NCBI GenBank assembly: GCA_951406725.2
Contig: OX597839.1
Span: 12,400,001-12,464,000, forward strand
Direction of reading: 5' to 3'
From: Octopus vulgaris
Taxonomy: Eukaryota
Length of the DNA: 64,000 nucleotides
The notes under the pieces are model-generated. The model was not told the DNA's origin, searched no databases, and worked only from the letters and a program-made list of their open reading frames with translations. This document shows, one piece after another, positions 26,285 through 40,084 of this stretch. How positions within the stretch are numbered: the first letter of the stretch is position 1; each line of letters opens with the position of its first letter. The translations under genes were made by a program, and so were the position numbers.

Positions 26285-28680
26285 TTCCAATGCTAGAAAG
26301 AGGCTATTAAGTGTAGAGAATGCATGGAGAGAGGAGAGTCTTCCTAGTGAGGAGTTAACAGGGATCAGATATCCTAGTTGACAACTATGTATCATAAATG
26401 AATTAAGGATATGAAAAAGAAAAGTTCCTGATCCACCAGGAATTACCACTAAGATGCTTCAAATATTCAGTGGAGTAGCATATGGCCTAGCTACCCATAT
26501 AATTGATCAGATTGTCGAAGAAGGTATCATACCCAACAATTGGAGTATAAGCATTATTGTCAATTGATACAAAGGTAAAGGAGATGTCCGAGACAAAAGT
26601 AATTTACAGAAGTATCAAATTGCTGCATCAGGTCATGAAAGTTAGAGAAAGGGTCATAGCTCAACTAATTAGGAAAAGAGTTAGCATAGATGATATGCAT
26701 CTTGGTTTTGTGCCAAGGAGAAGCACGACTGATACTATCTTTGTAGTAAGGCGATTTCAGAAGTATTTAGCCAAAAATATACTGCTGTACCTGGCATTTG
26801 CCAATATAGATAAAGTCTTTGAAAGGGTGGTGATTACTGCAGAAACTAGAGGTAGATAAGTGGCTGGTGATAAATATCCATGCCATGTATGTGAGTATAG
26901 TAATGAAATTTACTATGCAAATAGGAATTCGCTATGGCTCGCTTCTCAACCCCTCTTATTGATCATAATCCTCCAAGCCATAATAGAGGACTTTAAAACT
27001 GGTTGTCCAAGGGAGCTCCTCTATGCTGATGACTTTGTTCTTATAGTTGAATCTATAGTAGATTCAGAGTAATTTCAGGTATGGAAGCAAAGCTTGAAAT
27101 CAAAGAGCCATAGAGTTAACTTAGCAAAGACCTAAGTTCTAGTAAGCAGGGAAGCAGACAAATTACTAATCCCTTCAGGGAAATGACCCTACTTGATATG
27201 AAGAAAAGTGCACTTAGAATGTATCCAGAAGTGGGCATGTCCCAGAAAAATAAACACTAATAACACACAAGAAATTGATTTCCTCAAATGCCCAGGAGGA
27301 TCCTTAGCAGCTGTGGCTTTTGTTACTTAGGTACCCTAATTAGTAGTGAAGGAGGATGCTCTGAAAGCATAGTTGCTAGAATAAGAACCGGTTGGGCAAA
27401 GTTTAGAGAGTTATTATCTTTGTTGGTAACAAAGAGCCTCTACCTCAGGGTAAAAGGCAGTTTGTATGATGCTTGTATATGAACAGCTATGCTACATGAT
27501 AGTGAAACATGGACTGTGAATGTAAAGGCTTAAAAGAAGTGAAACTAGCATGCTCTGCTAGGTGTGCAATGTCAGTATGCATATATGACAAAGTGTAAGA
27601 GAAAAATTTGGTATAAGAGGTATCAGATGTGTGCAGGAGAGAAGACTATGCTGGTATGGTCAAGTGATGTGTATGGATGAGGACAGCTGCATGAAGAAGT
27701 GCTGATTGCTAAATGTGGATGGAACCTGAGGAAGAGGATGACCTATGAAGACATGGGACAAAGTGGTGAAAAATGGCCTTTAGATGCCAAGTCTCACAGA
27801 GAAGATGACAAAGGACCAAGATGACTGGCAATTTGTTGTGCTTAAGAGGATGCATCCATCTAAGTAAAAATGTAACCTTAAAGGTATGCTGTTTATGCTT
27901 ATGCCTCTGCACACAATCTATCCCCTAACAATCTCTTCCTCACAACTAATATTCCTTATAGAATTTTTCCTCCTCCACTCACTGCATTCCCTTCCCCTCT
28001 GTCTCCCATTCTCATGAACTTACTTCTTCTCTCACTCTTTCTCTCTCTTCTCTCCCTTTTTCCAGCTGGGGTATCTATGTATCTCCTCTGCTGCAAGACA
28101 CCTGTCTCCATCCATCAACCAAAGTGGTTCTTGACCGTTTTTTGACCATGAATCCCTTTGATTCCTATTTGATTCTACTTAACCTGTACAGCCACTTGAT
28201 GTAAAAAATCCCATATTTCTATAGTTAAATATTATTAGGAACAGTATTAAAAATATTGTTAAGATATTTTGTGTATTATAGAAGTATAACCAATTTTATT
28301 GCAAGTAAATTTTAACAACAAAATCTTCTATGAACCCCCATGGGTCATATAGACCCTGGTTGAAACCACTGCTCTATCATATTCTAAGCTTTCATCAGCT
28401 GGCACAAAGCCACCCCCCTCAATACTATTCTCTCTTCAGTTGAGGGGTCTTGTCTTTGAAGTTATGTGGTTGTCTCACTGGTGCTGATGCCATGTAAAAG
28501 AAAAACTCCCAGTACATTCTGTAAAGTGGTTGGTGTTAGGAAGGAAATCCAACTGTAGAAACCATGCCAAAGCAGACGGCAGAGTTAAGCACAATCTTCA
28601 GGCTCCTGTCAGGCCATCCAACCCAAGCCAGTATGTAAAGCAGACATTAACTCATAATGATGATGATAATGATGATGACA
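26285..28680 (+). pseudogene. Older, degenerate RTE-clade LINE (RT domain to (GAT)n tail)
   Basis: YRSIKLL..MKV.ERV, GFVPRRSTTDTIF, YLAF..DKVF, LLYADD (~27015-27035), FCYLG, ARIRTGWAKFREL. The 3' end 28500-28680 resembles 25400-25570. Confidence 0.9.
28120..28371. mobile_element. hAT-type MITE nested in the old RTE 3' UTR
   Basis: Ends aagtggttcttgacc / ggttgaaaccactg, similar to the element at 12372-12724. Confidence 0.6.
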
Positions 28681-28921
28681 ATGTGTATGTGTGTGTGTGT
28701 TAGCTCTCTATTTCCCTTTCTCTGTATCATTATTACAATTATTGCAATTAATTTAAGCACAATGTTTAATTTTGTGGATGCAATTTCAAAATATGGTTAT
28801 GCAAGGAGTATTTGCTTCAACACACATACATTCTCCCATACATACATACATATATGCACACATACATACAAATATACATACACCCTCTCATACACACATA
28901 CTCACACAGATATCCTATCAT

Positions 28922-29170
28922 GCATACATACATACATACATACATACATACATACATACATACATACATACATACATACATACATACATACATACATAAA
29001 TACATACACACGCACATACATAGCACACGTACATCCTATCATACATATATACATGCATGCATACATATATAACACACACATCCTATTATACATACATATA
29101 TACAGGCATAAATACATACATACATACATACATACATACATACATACATACATACATACATACATACATA
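28922..29170. repeat. (TACA)n tetranucleotide microsatellites
   Basis: Two long catacata runs. Confidence 0.95.
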
Positions 29171-29635
29171 ACACACACACACATCTATCATAAATACATA
29201 TCATAAATACATAAGCAATTATGATAAACAGAAGTTTATATAGTTTGTTCACTGTTGTGATTGTTTAGAATGATGGCAATGGATGTTCCAAGTTTAATTG
29301 AATCACAATGGATCACCAGGAGAACACTGTTTTGTTACACATATGTTACAGAGATCAAATGCTTGAAGTTGGACAGATGGCAAGACTTTTTATAAGTAGC
29401 AAGCAAATGACATAAGAGAAATAGAAAGAGAAAAGGGAGAGATAAAAGGGGGAAGAAAATGAGAGAGGACAGGACTATAATTAAAGGAACAAAGAAAAGA
29501 AAACTATAACAAACTATGGTAAAAGGATGAATTAGTAAAAAGAAAATCTATATACCGCTGTATCATGTTGAATACACAAGTTCAAGTTCAGTTACTGAAG
29601 TTAAGCAAGATTAAGTCTAGGAAGCGTTTTACATT

Positions 29636-30028
29636 ATGCAGGCGTAGCTGTATGGTAAGGGGCTTGCTTCCCTACCCCATGGTTCTGGGTTCAGTTACAC
29701 TACATGCACCTTGGGTAAGTGTCTTCTACAATATATAGCCTTGGGCTGACCAAAGCCTTGTGTGTGGATCTGGTAGATAGAAACTGAAGGAAACCTGTTG
29801 TATATGTGTGTGAGTGTTTGTATGTATGTGTATGTGTGTGTGTCTTGGTGTCTATGTTTGTTCCCCACCACCACCTGACAACCGGTGTTTGTGTGTTTAC
29901 ATCCCCACAGTAGTTCAGCAAAAGAGACAGGTAGAATAAGTACCAGACTTGGAACAATAAGTATTGAGATTGATTCTAGAAGTTTCCAAGGTAGTGCCCC
30001 AGCACGGCTTCAGTCTAATGACTGAAGT
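29636..30028 (+). mobile_element. SINE family A copy
   Basis: Colinear with 2507-2901. Confidence 0.85.
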
Positions 30029-30912
30029 ATTACTCTAGGGATTGGGAGGGATATACAGTAGCAAGGTGAGAGAGAAAGAAAGAAAATATGGGAGAGAGAG
30101 AGGGAGAGGACCGATATACTGAAGAACTTGAATGCTTTGCAACCTTTTTATAAAAACAAAATTAATCATTAAAGAGAGGGTTAGGGTTAGAGCAGATAAT
30201 GGCACTCATTTTCCATTATTGGAAAGTAAATAGGAAAATAAAAATAATCACAAATATACAAGAATGTAATGGCATGAGTGGGTTAGGACCTTATAGCTGG
30301 TGGAGCCAACCCTTGAAAGACGCATAGACAGCACAGATACCAATATGTCAATTTATATATTTCAAATACAAAGACACATATAGTAAGATACACACACATT
30401 CCCATACATACATACATACACACACATGCATACACACATGTATACACAAATACATACACATGAATGCATGCATACATACATACATACATACATACATACA
30501 TACATACTTGCATACACATAGGTAGAGGCATCATTGTGTTAAGAAATTTGCTTCTCAACCATATCGTACGAGGTTCAGTCTCACTGAGTGGAACCTTGAA
30601 CAAATGTCCTTTACTATAGCTTTCTACAGTCTTGTGAGGAGACCTGGTAGTTGAAAACTGAAAGAAGCCTATCGTGTATGTGTTTGTTCTTACCACTGCT
30701 TGTTAGCAGTTTGGCGAATTAATAAGTACCAAGTTTAAAAAAAAAAGTACAAGGGTGAAAGTGTTTGACTAAAATTCATTGAAGTGGTGTCCCAGCATGG
30801 CCTCAATCTAATGACTGCAACAAGTAAAAGGATACACATACATATTCATACATGTATAAATATGTGTGTGTATGAATATATGCATATATACCAGGGCCTT
30901 ACTCTTGTTTGA

Positions 30913-30957
<45 letters not shown>

Positions 30958-31054
30958 ACAGACATACATGCACACACATATAAAATAAGGATAAACATGA
31001 GTTTATATAATAATTCCTATGCGTAATTCACCATTATAGGTGTTTGGCTCCTTA

Positions 31055-31099
31055 GAATACGTGTTCCAAATACTCTGCCACAAGAGATCATCAGGGAAC
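31055..31099 (-). ncRNA. Degenerate hammerhead-like motif
   Basis: rc: uucc-CUGAUGA-UCUC uuguggca GAG uauuu-GGAA-CACG-UA. GAAA is mutated and stem I is unclear. Confidence 0.3.
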
Positions 31100-31256
31100 A
31101 CTATTGTATGAAGTTACAGATAACTATGGAAATCAATGTGGAGCTTTAAGTGTGACAGTAGCAGTCATACATCTGTCAGTACATACAGTCGCTAGTGCAT
31201 ATATGTATATGTGTGTGCGTGCATGTACATGCATGTGTGTGTGTGTATATATAAAT

Positions 31257-31503
31257 GCTCCCTTTTAAAGCCTAGCCAGGCTCATGGGCCCAGTTTCCTT
31301 GTTTCTATGGCTTATGTGTTCCTCAGCTGGATGGGATGCCAGTTCATCGCAGCATTACTCATTTTTGCCAGATGAGTGGACTGGTGCAATGTGAAATGAA
31401 GTGTTTTGCTCAAGAACACAATGCGTCGCACAGTCCAGGAATCAAAACTACAATCTTACAATCATGGTGCTGACACCCTAACCACTAAGCCACGCACCTC
31501 CAC
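31257..31503 (-). mobile_element. SINE with family C head and alternative tail
   Basis: rc head ggaggtgcgtggcttagtggttagggg..ttgattcctgg..ttgtgttcttgagcaaaacacttcatttcac. The tail differs from 60442-60768 and is also seen at 52350-52430. Confidence 0.8.
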
Positions 31504-31628
31504 GTGTGTTTATATATATATACACACACACACACACATGCCACAATAAGGGTCATGGCTGTCTAAGCCCTATAAAAAGAGAAAATCAGGACTAAGCATT
31601 GTCTTTTGTAAACACCTTGAACCTTTAA

Positions 31629-31820
31629 CCCTTTAACATTCAGGTTATTCTACGAAATGTAACCCTTATTTGTTCACATTGTTTTGAATTTATCCAACTT
31701 TATCTTGTAACCTTGTGCTTTTGATTATGCAACTGTATTTTTTGGAGCCTCTGGCCAGTCTAAACATAAAACAGGTAGAATATTTTTTGGCTGGATATGT
31801 CTGGTTTAAATGCTAAAGGG
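31629..31820. mobile_element. piggyBac-type MITE
   Basis: ttaa|ccctttaacatt..aatgctaaaggg|ttaa. Confidence 0.8.
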
Positions 31821-32368
31821 TTAAGAGATTTTTATTTTATTTTATTAATTATTTTCTTTTACAATTTACAAATATAAAGACTGGCAAGATTTCAGAACTA
31901 GAAGGTTAAGAAGAAGAATAAGACATTTACAGAGAGCTATGACCTTGACTAACTTTGACAAGGTGAAAAAGCATAGCACCAGGAGGCAAAAATAACGAGA
32001 AATTAAGTGAGATTTCAGTGCTAACTATAGGTAGTTTTTGATTAATGTGGCTTATTTTCCCTAACTTTCTTCAGAACTAGATATATCTGCAAGTGGGGTT
32101 ATAGTTTTCAAATTTCATTTTACATATAGAGCAATTTACTTTGTGAATTTATGAAAATGTATGACTTTAAGACAATGCACATCATCATAGGTGAAGATAA
32201 ATCAAATAAGAAAACTTTAAAAGCAGTCAATTGTGCGCGCGTGCACACACACACAAATATTCCTTTTCTTTCGAATGAAATGAAAACAAAAATAGGTGTG
32301 TTCTTTTTTTTAAATGAAGACAAAAGATATAAATATGTATTATATATACATGTGTATGTATGTATGTT

Positions 32369-32415
<47 letters not shown>

Positions 32416-32924
32416 TCTTTAAAAGGAAGACAAAAGATATGTATATGTGTGTGTGTGTGTGTGTGTGTATCTGCATAAGTGAAGTGCGGATCAGCTAGTT
32501 TGTACTGACGTTGAGTTGTATAAGTTGTAATAATGAAGTCAAATCAAATACTGATATTTTGATATTTTGAATTCATATGTTTCATGTTTGTGTAATATAT
32601 GTTAGGAAGTGCTTCCATTATGTAAACTTTCCTCAGTTAAAACATTTCAAAATACATGTGTGTATGTGTGCCACAGAAATGACCTCTCCCTGACCTTTGA
32701 AGGAGAATGCTGAAAGTGTTTGCTGCCTGGTTAAGAATGATGAAGACAATGTTGACCTAGGTATTGTTCAAACAGACATTAGAACAACAGATGTGGCATA
32801 TGGTTGGAGATAAAAGGAGGATATGGCAAAGACTGAAGCAGATTGTTTTCTATTCATTGAATGCTTTGAAAAGTTTCAGCCAAACAGGAACTGTAGCAAT
32901 AACAACAGCTAAAAAATAGTAATA

Positions 32925-33560
32925 ATGGTTTCAAATTTTGGCACAGGGCCACCAGGTTTTGAGGGGAGGGTAAGTCAGTTACATTACCCCACTTATTTTA
33001 TTGACCCTGAAGGGATGAAAGTCAGAGTTCAACCTCAGTAGAATTTGAACTTAGAACAAAATGGAAATATTTCGAAGTAAAAATGGATGAAATACCACTA
33101 AGCATTTTGTCCAGTGTTCTAACAATTCCAGTAGTTCACAACCTTAACAAATAAGGGATAGTCAATTATATCAACCCCAATACTCAACTGGTACTTACTT
33201 TATCGACCCTGAAAGGATGAAAGGCAAAGTTGACTTCAGCAGAATTTGAACTCAGAATGTGAAGATGGACAAAATATTGCCTGGTGTGCTAACATTTCTG
33301 CCAGCCCACCACCTTAAAATAATAATTATAATCCTTTTCTACTGAAAGCACAAAGTTTTGTGGGGAGGGGACTAGTCGACTACATCAACCCCAGTATTTG
33401 ACTGGTACTTAATTTATTGACCATTTCGGGATGAAAGACAAAATTGACCTCAATGGAATTTGAATTCAGAATGTAGCGACAGACAAAATACCGCTAAGCA
33501 TTACGCAATGCATGCTAACAATTCCTCCAGTTAGCTGGGTTATTATAATAATAATAATAA
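32925..33560 (-). mobile_element. Three tandem SINE D copies among (AAT)n tracts
   Basis: Three colinear units ..gaccctgaaaggatgaaaggcaaagttgac..gaatttgaactcagaa.. Confidence 0.85.
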
Positions 33561-34179
33561 GAAGAAGAAGAAGAAGAAGATGAAGAAGAAGAAGTAGAAG
33601 GAGGAGGAGGAGGAGGACGACGACAACAACTACAACAACAGATCTTTCAGATTCAAAAGAAACTTCTATATTTGTTCCTGAAGTTTTTCATAGTGGTAGT
33701 TGTATCCCCTTCAGAGTGACCTCAACTTGCTAAAAACAGCAGCCAAATTTTCCTCAAATGTCACTCCCATTTTTTTTACAAAAAAGCAAAATCAAAAGTG
33801 AAACATTGGAATAATATAGTCCAGAGTAGTTTGCTATATTAGAATAAAAGATGAGGTGAGCATGCTTGAGATACTTTGGAGCATAGATCTTACTCAATGC
33901 AGTACTGACTTAGAGCCAAAAAAAGAAACAACTTCCATGTACAACAGTGACTAAAATCACATCACTAAATTCCTATCTTGGTATACAACCTAACCAAAGT
34001 GGAGATTAGCAGACAACAGTACGATGAGAAGCAGGGATTGTGGTGGTCAGGGCACAAAAATTTCACCTGAATTTGAATTTGAAAACTGTCCACATATGAA
34101 GTCCTTTAAAATTCATTTGATTAAGAAAAAGCAAAAAATGTCCAATAATTTCAATTTTAAGACTGGAACAGGAATTTAA

Positions 34180-34396
34180 CCCTTTGGCATTTAAATTAGT
34201 CATATCTAGTCCAGTACTCTACCTGTTTTATGTTCAAACTGGCCAGATCCAGCTTTTTACATCTACCCTACAATGTCATTTTAGAAATGTATGATCACTT
34301 TATCAAAATTTTGAAAATACATTACAATGTATGATTAATTTTAAAAAATGTGAATAAGGAAGAATTACATTTAACAGTAATCTGCTTGCTAAGGGG
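34180..34396. mobile_element. piggyBac-type MITE
   Basis: ttaa|ccctttggcat..tgctaagggg|ttaa. Same family as 31629-31820, opposite orientation. Confidence 0.75.
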
Positions 34397-34904
34397 TTAA
34401 TATTAGGTACAGATCTATGAATTTTTTACCATATGTATTCCTGTTTTGGAAGAGATCAGCAGCATTGCTGTATATTGAAAGAGCTAGTAAAAATGGTTTG
34501 TAGCAAGAAGGGCATCCAGCTGTAAAATGCTACCTCAGAAAAACCATCCAACTTATACCAGATATGTAAAAAAAAAGGGACATAAAATGCTACTGCTGCT
34601 GATGATGATGATGACATCAATGAATTTGAAAAAATTTACAGATTCTTTATTTTTCTCAGAATGGATGCAGTCCTGGCAGGTCCTTATCTAATTGCATTTC
34701 AATCTCTGGTACTTACTAATGAGTAAGGTCCCCGATTTTAAAAAATTTCCCTCAAATCCATAACAATTTCCCCCACCCACCACTCTTCCTGATACGGTGA
34801 AGGATTAGAGCATAGTTGTTGTTCTGATTGAAGTATATTATAACATATACTCTGTCACCAGCAGCTACTGACCTCCAGCCATTTACAGGAATGAAGAACA
34901 TAAC

Positions 34905-35347
34905 GTAGCTTCTATTGGGTCACCCTGTATGCTAGAAATAATAACTAAATCTCCCTCAAACCAAACACCTCTTCTATCTTATAAAAAGGGATGGAAACAT
35001 TAGATAATACAGTATTAAATACCTCTAAAAAGACAAGGTAGTTATGCTTGGAAATACTTTAATCAGAGGTTTACTTCATCAGGCTTTACCTAGGGCTAAA
35101 CAACAACAGAAATTAGAGACCTGCTGCATGGTTGTTTGACCTGCTGAAAATAGCACCCAAATAAATCACCCTCAAATAATTTTCTACTGTCTTAAAAATG
35201 GATGTACTGGTTGATGTATTCTGGGGTAGGACATTGCGAAAAATAAATACAATAATGGGATGGATAGTCGTGGCTAGAATGTCTTTGCTCATAGCTCTGC
35301 TTGATCAGGGTTGATCTGCGTTTGAGCAACAAGAACATCAACAACAG
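34905..35347 (+). repeat. Tandem pair of interspersed repeat family F ((CAA)n-tailed, SINE-like)
   Basis: Unit gctagaaata.cagccaaatctccctcaaa..cattggataat..gatggtcatg.ctggaa..ctttgatcatag..gggctaaacaacaac. More than 10 copies in the window. Confidence 0.7.
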
Positions 35348-36629
35348 GAACCAAAGAAGAGGTTATAAGAAACCTATGAGTCTGGGTCCCTGATGGCTTT
35401 CTCTTTTCTAGTTCACCACCTTACTCAGATTAGAAAATCCCTGTTGGAAAAGATCATGGGATTCCAATAGAGCATGGACTTCAGTTTACTCTGTTAACTG
35501 AAGCCATAAAACAAAAAGATTCTTAGAATTATAATTTGTCTTCTGTTTCAAAAGATTTGACTGTCGGCAACTGTGTTGTAAAGTTGTTTGAGTAAAACTA
35601 ATCAATAATCACAACAGGAATAAAAGCAAGTTCAAGAACAAAAGTATTTGAAAGTCAAATAAAGACAGGTTTTTTTTTTCTTTTTCCTTTCAAAACTGAG
35701 TTTGCATTTTCTTCATTTCGCACAAATTTTGAATTTAACTCAAAATATAGTTTTGTTTTTTTTGCTTCTTGATTTTCTGATAATAACCTTGGGTTTTTTT
35801 GGGTTTTTTTAATATTCAAGGTAGTACAAAGTCATTTTCTATTTTACGTTACACAACTCCTGATTTTTTTTTTTTTTTTTTTTGAGGATTACCTTAAACA
35901 AAATATTTACACAAACAAACCTCAAAAATTCCAGGAACCAAAGAATAATATCTGACAATAAATTAGAGAGAATTGGAGCTAAAATAAACTGAGCTGTTAC
36001 AAAATGCAGTATAGTAAGGGTTTGATTCTGGAAGTCTAAAAATGGAAGGCATTTGCAGGATTTACATATTATAAGTTGTTCAAAGAAATTTGAGAAAATT
36101 TATTTGACCTTTTTATTAAAAAAAGTCATTTAAATTTTAAAATGGAAAATGATTTTCAAACCATCCTATAAAAATATATATATATATACATTCATACATA
36201 CATACATTCATACACATTTCAATCAATTCTAAATTTTTCATGCAGGTTTTCATTTTTCTTTTAACGCTTTTGAAACCAATGCATCTAAGACTGCCCCAAC
36301 TTCTATTATACAAACTCTTAGTTTTAAAGTGGTCTGCATTAAAATCTTCCATCAAAATTTCATATCAAATTTTGTTCCACCTTAAACATGACAAAGTTAT
36401 TTTACTAAATTCTTTACTATTTTCAAAATTAATTGAAACAAAGGCAGTGTAATGCAACAGAAATATGTTAACAAAAGGCTTATGTGAATTCTTCAATATG
36501 CTCTTTATGGTCACTCATTTTATCAGTCTCCTTCACTAAATTATTTCTCTGACTTCAATGAATTCTCCCTTTCTCAAATCATTTCCAGTCAATTCTTTTC
36601 TCTTTTTCCATATTTAGACAAGTCTCCTC

Positions 36630-36795
36630 TCAAGTCTTAACCAATTCTGTTCAGTCTTTAACTGAGTCTTTTCAGTCAATTAAATGTATTCAGTCTAACC
36701 AATTTTATTTAGTTTTTAACATGTTCTATTCAGTCTTTAACCAATTCTCTTCAGTTTTTAGCAAATTGTTTTCAGTCATTAATCAATTCTAGTCA
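36630..36795. repeat. Degenerate ~21-bp minisatellite
   Basis: About 8 units of ttcagtctttaaccaattct(n). Confidence 0.75.
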
Positions 36796-38041
36796 AACTT
36801 TTTCACTGATTCATTTCCTAAGTCATTTTTCATAGAATTTTTCTTCTCCAAGTCAAGTTTCTTACCAGATATTTTTATATCTAGTCTTGCTCAGTAAAAA
36901 TCCCTTTTCCAAATTTAAAAAAAAAAAAAAAAGTAAATCTTCTTCTGATATAAACAATATTTCAAGATAAAATTTAAAAAATCAAATTTAAAAAATTACC
37001 AAACAACAATAAAAAAATAAAGAAGCAAACTTTTTTGAATACTCACATAATAAATTGATAGTATCAAATAATCACTTTAACCAAGAATTAACAGTAAAAT
37101 CCCTGAGGAGGTTATGTCTGCTGTTCTTTAAGAAGGGACCACAGAAGATTTTAAGTGTGAAGGGCTGTATGTAAATGTATCAAGTGCTACAAGGTAATAT
37201 ATGATATAGGATATGTTATATAGGATCTAATTCTTATATGTGGAAATATATATACATATAAGAATTGATATAGGTGGCTACAGCCAAGGGATATCTCAGG
37301 GGGTTATCAAAAGGACGTAGTAAGTTGATATCAAAGATATGAGGATATCAGGAGACCAGGAAATAAAAAGAAGAGGAGATAAAAAAGAAAGTGGGTAAGG
37401 GGCAGCAGCAGACTCTTTCAGAGTGTTCTGTCTTTGAGAGACAGAGAGAGTGAGAGAGAACCAAAGAATGATATATAGAATAGGATGCCTGACAAAGTTT
37501 GTCAACAACAACAACAAAGAAAAAAATGGTTTGAGTGTCGACTGCTGGGATGGATGTTGTGTTGCAGTGCTATTCTGCCAGAGTTGAAACTACTGTGCAG
37601 AACTAACAGAAATGCTCAGTTGAGGAACAAAATAATAATGGCTTAATTTCTTTTGTTGAAGCGCGTCAAGAATTTCGGTTTAATTCTTTCCTTCTTTCTT
37701 TCTTCCTTTCTTCAATTTTGTTTGCATTTTCTTTTTCTTATTTTTAGGTATATTTTCTTTCTTTTCTTTTAGATTTATTTATTTATGTTTTTCTTAATTC
37801 TGTTCCTGTCTGAGATCTACTGATTATTTTTGGTTGTCTTTTGTTTTAGAGAGAATTGTTGTTGTTTTTTTTATTTTCTTCTTCACGTTGTTTGAACGTG
37901 CACATGTAAGTACGTGTATATACATACATACATGTGCGTTGTGTGTGTGTGTACATGAAAATACAGATGTGTATATGTGTATGCACCTGAGAATATATAT
38001 GCCTATGTGTGCACGTGTGTGTGTGTATGAATGTATGTATG

Positions 38042-38072
<31 letters not shown>

Positions 38073-38326
38073 GGGTGTATATGTATGTGTGTGTTAAGCC
38101 TAACTTAACCGTAGCAGTTATACTTATCCAGGAACTTGCTTCATTGTGCTTCCTACTTACACACCTATCATTCTTTCTGACTCCACCCCCAAACAGACGC
38201 CACCCCAGTCAACTACCCGTGTTAACAAGAAGGTAAACTAAACTTCCTCATGGAACATTTACCGATTTGTTTACTTCTTTGTTTATTTGTTTATTTATTC
38301 CTTGTTTTTACACCGAAACTTCACAG

Positions 38327-38689
38327 ATTTCTGAAGATGCTGTCAACCCCCACTTCTTGTCACCACCACCACCACCATCACCAATACTGATATCACCTCT
38401 CTACTCACTGCACATCCATCACCTGGCATCACCACCACCACCACCACCACATTTTATACTTCTATACTTACATCTACAACTGAAGCATCACATCACCTCC
38501 ACATCTACCACCACCACCACCACAGAAATACCATCACCATAACTACAAGTATAACCACATCTACCACCACCACCACCAAATTTTACCCCTGCTACATCCC
38601 TGAAGCTCATCACCAAACTACCCCACCCCACCACCTCTACTTCTGCTGCCGTCACCATCACTACCATCGCTATTGCTACCACCACTCAG
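38327..38689 (+). other. Probable spliced exon (5' UTR or lncRNA), ACC-rich
   Basis: Preceded by a long T-rich tract ending cacAG, followed by the consensus donor CAG|GTGAGT. An upstream donor AAG|GTAAAC at 38233 defines a 94-bp intron. No frame is open across the whole exon. Confidence 0.5.
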
Positions 38690-38903
38690 GTGAGTGATGC
38701 AATAGTTTCGTGTAAAACTAAACTTTCTACTAGGTAAATTCTAAGATTGTCTTTAGACTCACCTGTAACAAAACAGATATTTTGGACAGATTCCAAAAAC
38801 AAACACATATAAAGCTTTTCTTAACCCGGAAACTGAAATTTTAACCCTGAAGCCACCCAGCGTGTTTTCAGGCTGGACAATACTCTCAATATATATTTAT
38901 ATT

Positions 38904-39290
38904 GATGCAAGCATAGCTGTGTGATAAGAAGTTTACTTCCCAACCACATAGTTCCAGGTTCAGTCCCACTGCATGACATCTTAAACAGGTGTCTTCTACC
39001 ATAGCCCTGGTCCGACCAAAGTCTTGTGAGTGGATTTGGTAGAAGGAAACAGAAAGAAGCTTGTCATATGTGTATATACACACACATATTTGTGTGGGTT
39101 TTCGTGTTTGCGTTTGTCCCCCACTGCTTGACAACCAGTGTTTGTTTGTTTACATCCCTATAACTTAGCAGTTTGGCAAAAAAGCGATTGATAGAATAAA
39201 TAGTGGGGACAATTTATAGGACTAAACCCTTCAAGGCAGTGCCCCAGCATGGCTACAGTCCTATGACTGAAACAGATAAGAGGTAAAGAA
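38904..39290 (+). mobile_element. SINE family A copy
   Basis: Colinear with 2507-2901. Confidence 0.85.
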
Positions 39291-39577
39291 GAAAACAAGT
39301 GATGTAAAGTGCACTGCTAACACAGCATGACATGATGTTCACTTATAAAACCATTTAATATACTTTACAGTCTATTATGGTTGCATAATGAAATACCATG
39401 TCCCTGCAAGCCATTGATATTTATGTACGAGCTTCAAAGGTATTACTGAGATTTTAACCCTAAACCTTATGCACTCAAACTGGCCCAAACCAGTCCAAAT
39501 ACTATACCTGTTCCAAACTGCCAGATCCAACCTCTAACACCTACCCTACAATGCCATTCTAAAAATAAACAATCACA

Positions 39578-39738
39578 GGCGCAGGAGTGGCTGTATGGTA
39601 AGTAGCTTGCTTACCAACCACATGGTTCCAAGTTCAATCCCACTGCGTGGCACCTTGGGCAAGTGTCTTCTGCTATAGCCTCAAGCTGACCAAAGCTTTG
39701 TGAGTGGATTTGGTTGAGAGAAACTGAAAGAAGCCTGT

Positions 39739-39785
<47 letters not shown>

Positions 39786-40010
39786 GTATATGTATGTATG
39801 TGTTTATATGTTTGTATCTGAGTTTGTCCCCCCAACATCTCTTGACAACTGATGCTGGTATGTTTATGTCCCTGTAACTTAGCGGTTTGGCAAAAGAGAC
39901 TGATATAATAAGTACTAGGCTTACAAAGAATAAGTCCTGGGGTCGATTTGCTCGACTAAAGGTGGTGCTCCAGCATAGCTATAGTCAAATATTAAAAGAG
40001 TAAAAGAGTA
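39578..40010 (+). mobile_element. Full-length SINE A inserted in a piggyBac-type MITE
   Basis: ggcgcaggagtggctg..taaaagagtaaaagagta. The flanks aaataaacaatcac|..|catcatcaaaatc join to restore the MITE seen at 34180-34396. Confidence 0.9.
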
Positions 40011-40084
40011 CATCATCAAAATCTTGAAGTTATGAGATTAATTCAAAACTGTGAATAGATTTATTCAAAACTATAAATAGATAA

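Noticed and set aside
32677-32760. Possible small exon (ccacAG ... ctag|GTattg)
   Set aside because: Weak pyrimidine tract and donor, with stops in all three frames; unsupported.
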